Part shown: positions 63,092 to 64,000 of the stretch, one piece after another
Numbering within the stretch: position 1 is the first letter of the stretch
Layout of the letters: every line of letters starts with the position of its first letter
NCBI GenBank assembly: GCA_035533075.1
Contig: DATLUO010000081.1
Location: 50,292 to 114,291 of the forward strand
Direction: 5' to 3'
Length of the DNA stretch: 64,000 bases
Source of the DNA: Pirellulales bacterium
GTDB taxonomy: Bacteria > Planctomycetota > Planctomycetia > Pirellulales > JAICIG01
The notes under the pieces: generated by a model
What the model was told of the DNA's origin: nothing
The model's input: only the letters and a program-made list of their open reading frames with translations
Database searches by the model: none
Made by a program: the position numbers and the translations under genes

Positions 63092-63388
63092 ATGACGTTT
63101 CAACTTGACTTGCCAGTCGACTTACAGGAGCGATTGCGTTTCGAAGCCGAGCGCCGCGGAGAACCGGCGGAGGCGGTGGCCTTACGGGTGCTTGACGCGC
63201 ACCTGCCGCCGCGGCCAGACATTCGCCGCGCTGCCGCGATTGCCATGCTCGATCGGTGGCGGGAGGAAGACGCCGCCGCCACGGAAGCAGATTCGCGACA
63301 GGCGGAGGATTTCTTTCATGCTCTTGACGCCGCGCGGACGTCGAACCGTCCCCTCTTTCCGCCAGAGCTTGAAGGAATCTCCTGGTGA
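63092..63388 (+). CDS. VapB-position antitoxin (RHH-like N-terminus)
   Basis: MTFQLDLPVDLQERLRFEAERRGEPAEAVALRVL. 4-nt overlap (GTGA) with the PIN gene. Confidence 0.65.
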   Translation: MTFQLDLPVDLQERLRFEAERRGEPAEAVALRVLDAHLPPRPDIRRAAAIAMLDRWREEDAAATEADSRQAEDFFHALDAARTSNRPLFPPELEGISW

Positions 63389-63834
63389 AGCCGATCGTCT
63401 TGCTTGATTCGGGGCCGCTCGGCCTGTTGTGCCACACGCGGCGATCATCGATCACGGTGGCGTGCGAACAGGGGCTCGCGGCTCTTCTCTCGGCGGGGCG
63501 GCGGATTCTCGTACCGGAGATCGCCGACTATGAGCTGCGACGGGAGCTGTTGCGAAGCGGCAGGCAGGCTGCCATCGCGCGGCTTGACGCCATGGCGCAA
63601 GCCACGGAATATCTGGCGATCACAACGCCGGCCATGCGCCGGGCCGCCGAACTTTGGGCGCGGGCCCGTCAACAGGGTCAACCCACGGCCGCCGACAACA
63701 CCGTCGACGGCGACGTCATCCTTGCCGCTCAAGCACTGACGCTGGGCACGCCCGATATCGTCGTCGCCACGACCAATGTTGGCCATTTGTCCCGCTTCGT
63801 TTCCGCCGAACTCTGGCAGGCGATCCTTCCCTAA
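63385..63834 (+). CDS. vapC: PIN-domain toxin (VapC-like)
   Basis: IVLLDSGPL (Asp), VPEIADYELRRE (Glu), DGDVILAAQAL (Asp), VVATTNVGHL. Confidence 0.75.
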   Translation: MKPIVLLDSGPLGLLCHTRRSSITVACEQGLAALLSAGRRILVPEIADYELRRELLRSGRQAAIARLDAMAQATEYLAITTPAMRRAAELWARARQQGQPTAADNTVDGDVILAAQALTLGTPDIVVATTNVGHLSRFVSAELWQAILP

Positions 63835-63870
63835 GCGTCACTAAAGCGGCAGCCGTGGAAGACATCCATG

Positions 63871-63903
63871 CTTTCGTCGGACTGCCGAAGAGCCGGCAAT
63901 CCG
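63871..63903 (+). repeat. 33-nt direct repeat, right copy
   Basis: Identical to 62873-62905. Begins 37 nt after the vapC stop. Confidence 0.9.
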
Positions 63904-64000
63904 CGCCGTGCGGTGGCTGGCCGCCGTACTCGGCCCGCGACGCTTGACAGGCTGGCTCAGCCCGGTGCCCGATGAAAACGCAGACGCAATCGGCCGCTGC

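Noticed and set aside
1-64000. tRNA, rRNA, tmRNA or RNase P genes
   Set aside because: Scanning by eye found no T-loop (GTTCRAnnC) in a cloverleaf context and no conserved rRNA or RNase P blocks. A tRNAscan/Infernal run is still advisable.

Overview
High-GC chromosomal segment; hand counts on housekeeping stretches give about 65-68% GC. The gene content looks like Planctomycetota (Pirellulales-like): a DUF1501 protein with a Tat signal, a BlaI/BlaR1 pair with carboxypeptidase-regulatory-like repeats, TlpA-type redoxins, and a ~590-aa aspartokinase with a long ACT region. This taxonomic call is inference only. Most of the window is housekeeping: trpD, purA, uppS, cdsA, trpF, ahcY, parA-parB with two parS sites, a UDP-xylose synthase-like gene, uvrD/pcrA, hypCDE, tyrS, ispD and lysC. 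Small accessory islets sit between these genes. The best candidate for an undescribed system is a ~2.1-kb low-GC insertion (about 40-50% GC) that splits the normally adjacent uppS-cdsA pair. It carries a 453-aa ABC/OLD-type P-loop ATPase with a DUF3696-like C-terminus, translationally coupled to a 150-aa PIN-like nuclease. This ATPase-plus-nuclease layout recalls Septu, PARIS and Gabija but with a different effector. Other notable points: (1) two in-frame stop codons cut through otherwise contiguous domains, a TAA inside a BlaR1-TlpA sensor and a TGA inside one of two tandem secreted paralogs; (2) those paralogs share a ~190-nt near-identical tract that suggests gene conversion; (3) there are several toxin-antitoxin modules (two mazEF-like, one decayed higBA, one vapBC flanked by 33-bp direct repeats, one orphan DUF433); (4) a cytoplasmic NlpC/P60-like protein is coupled to an unknown partner; (5) a ~950-nt non-coding region carries three GCAAATTTGC-core palindromes; (6) there are REP-like and low-complexity intergenic repeats. 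I found no rRNA, tRNA, CRISPR array, integrase or intact transposase. All family calls come from reading motifs in the supplied translations; no database search was run.
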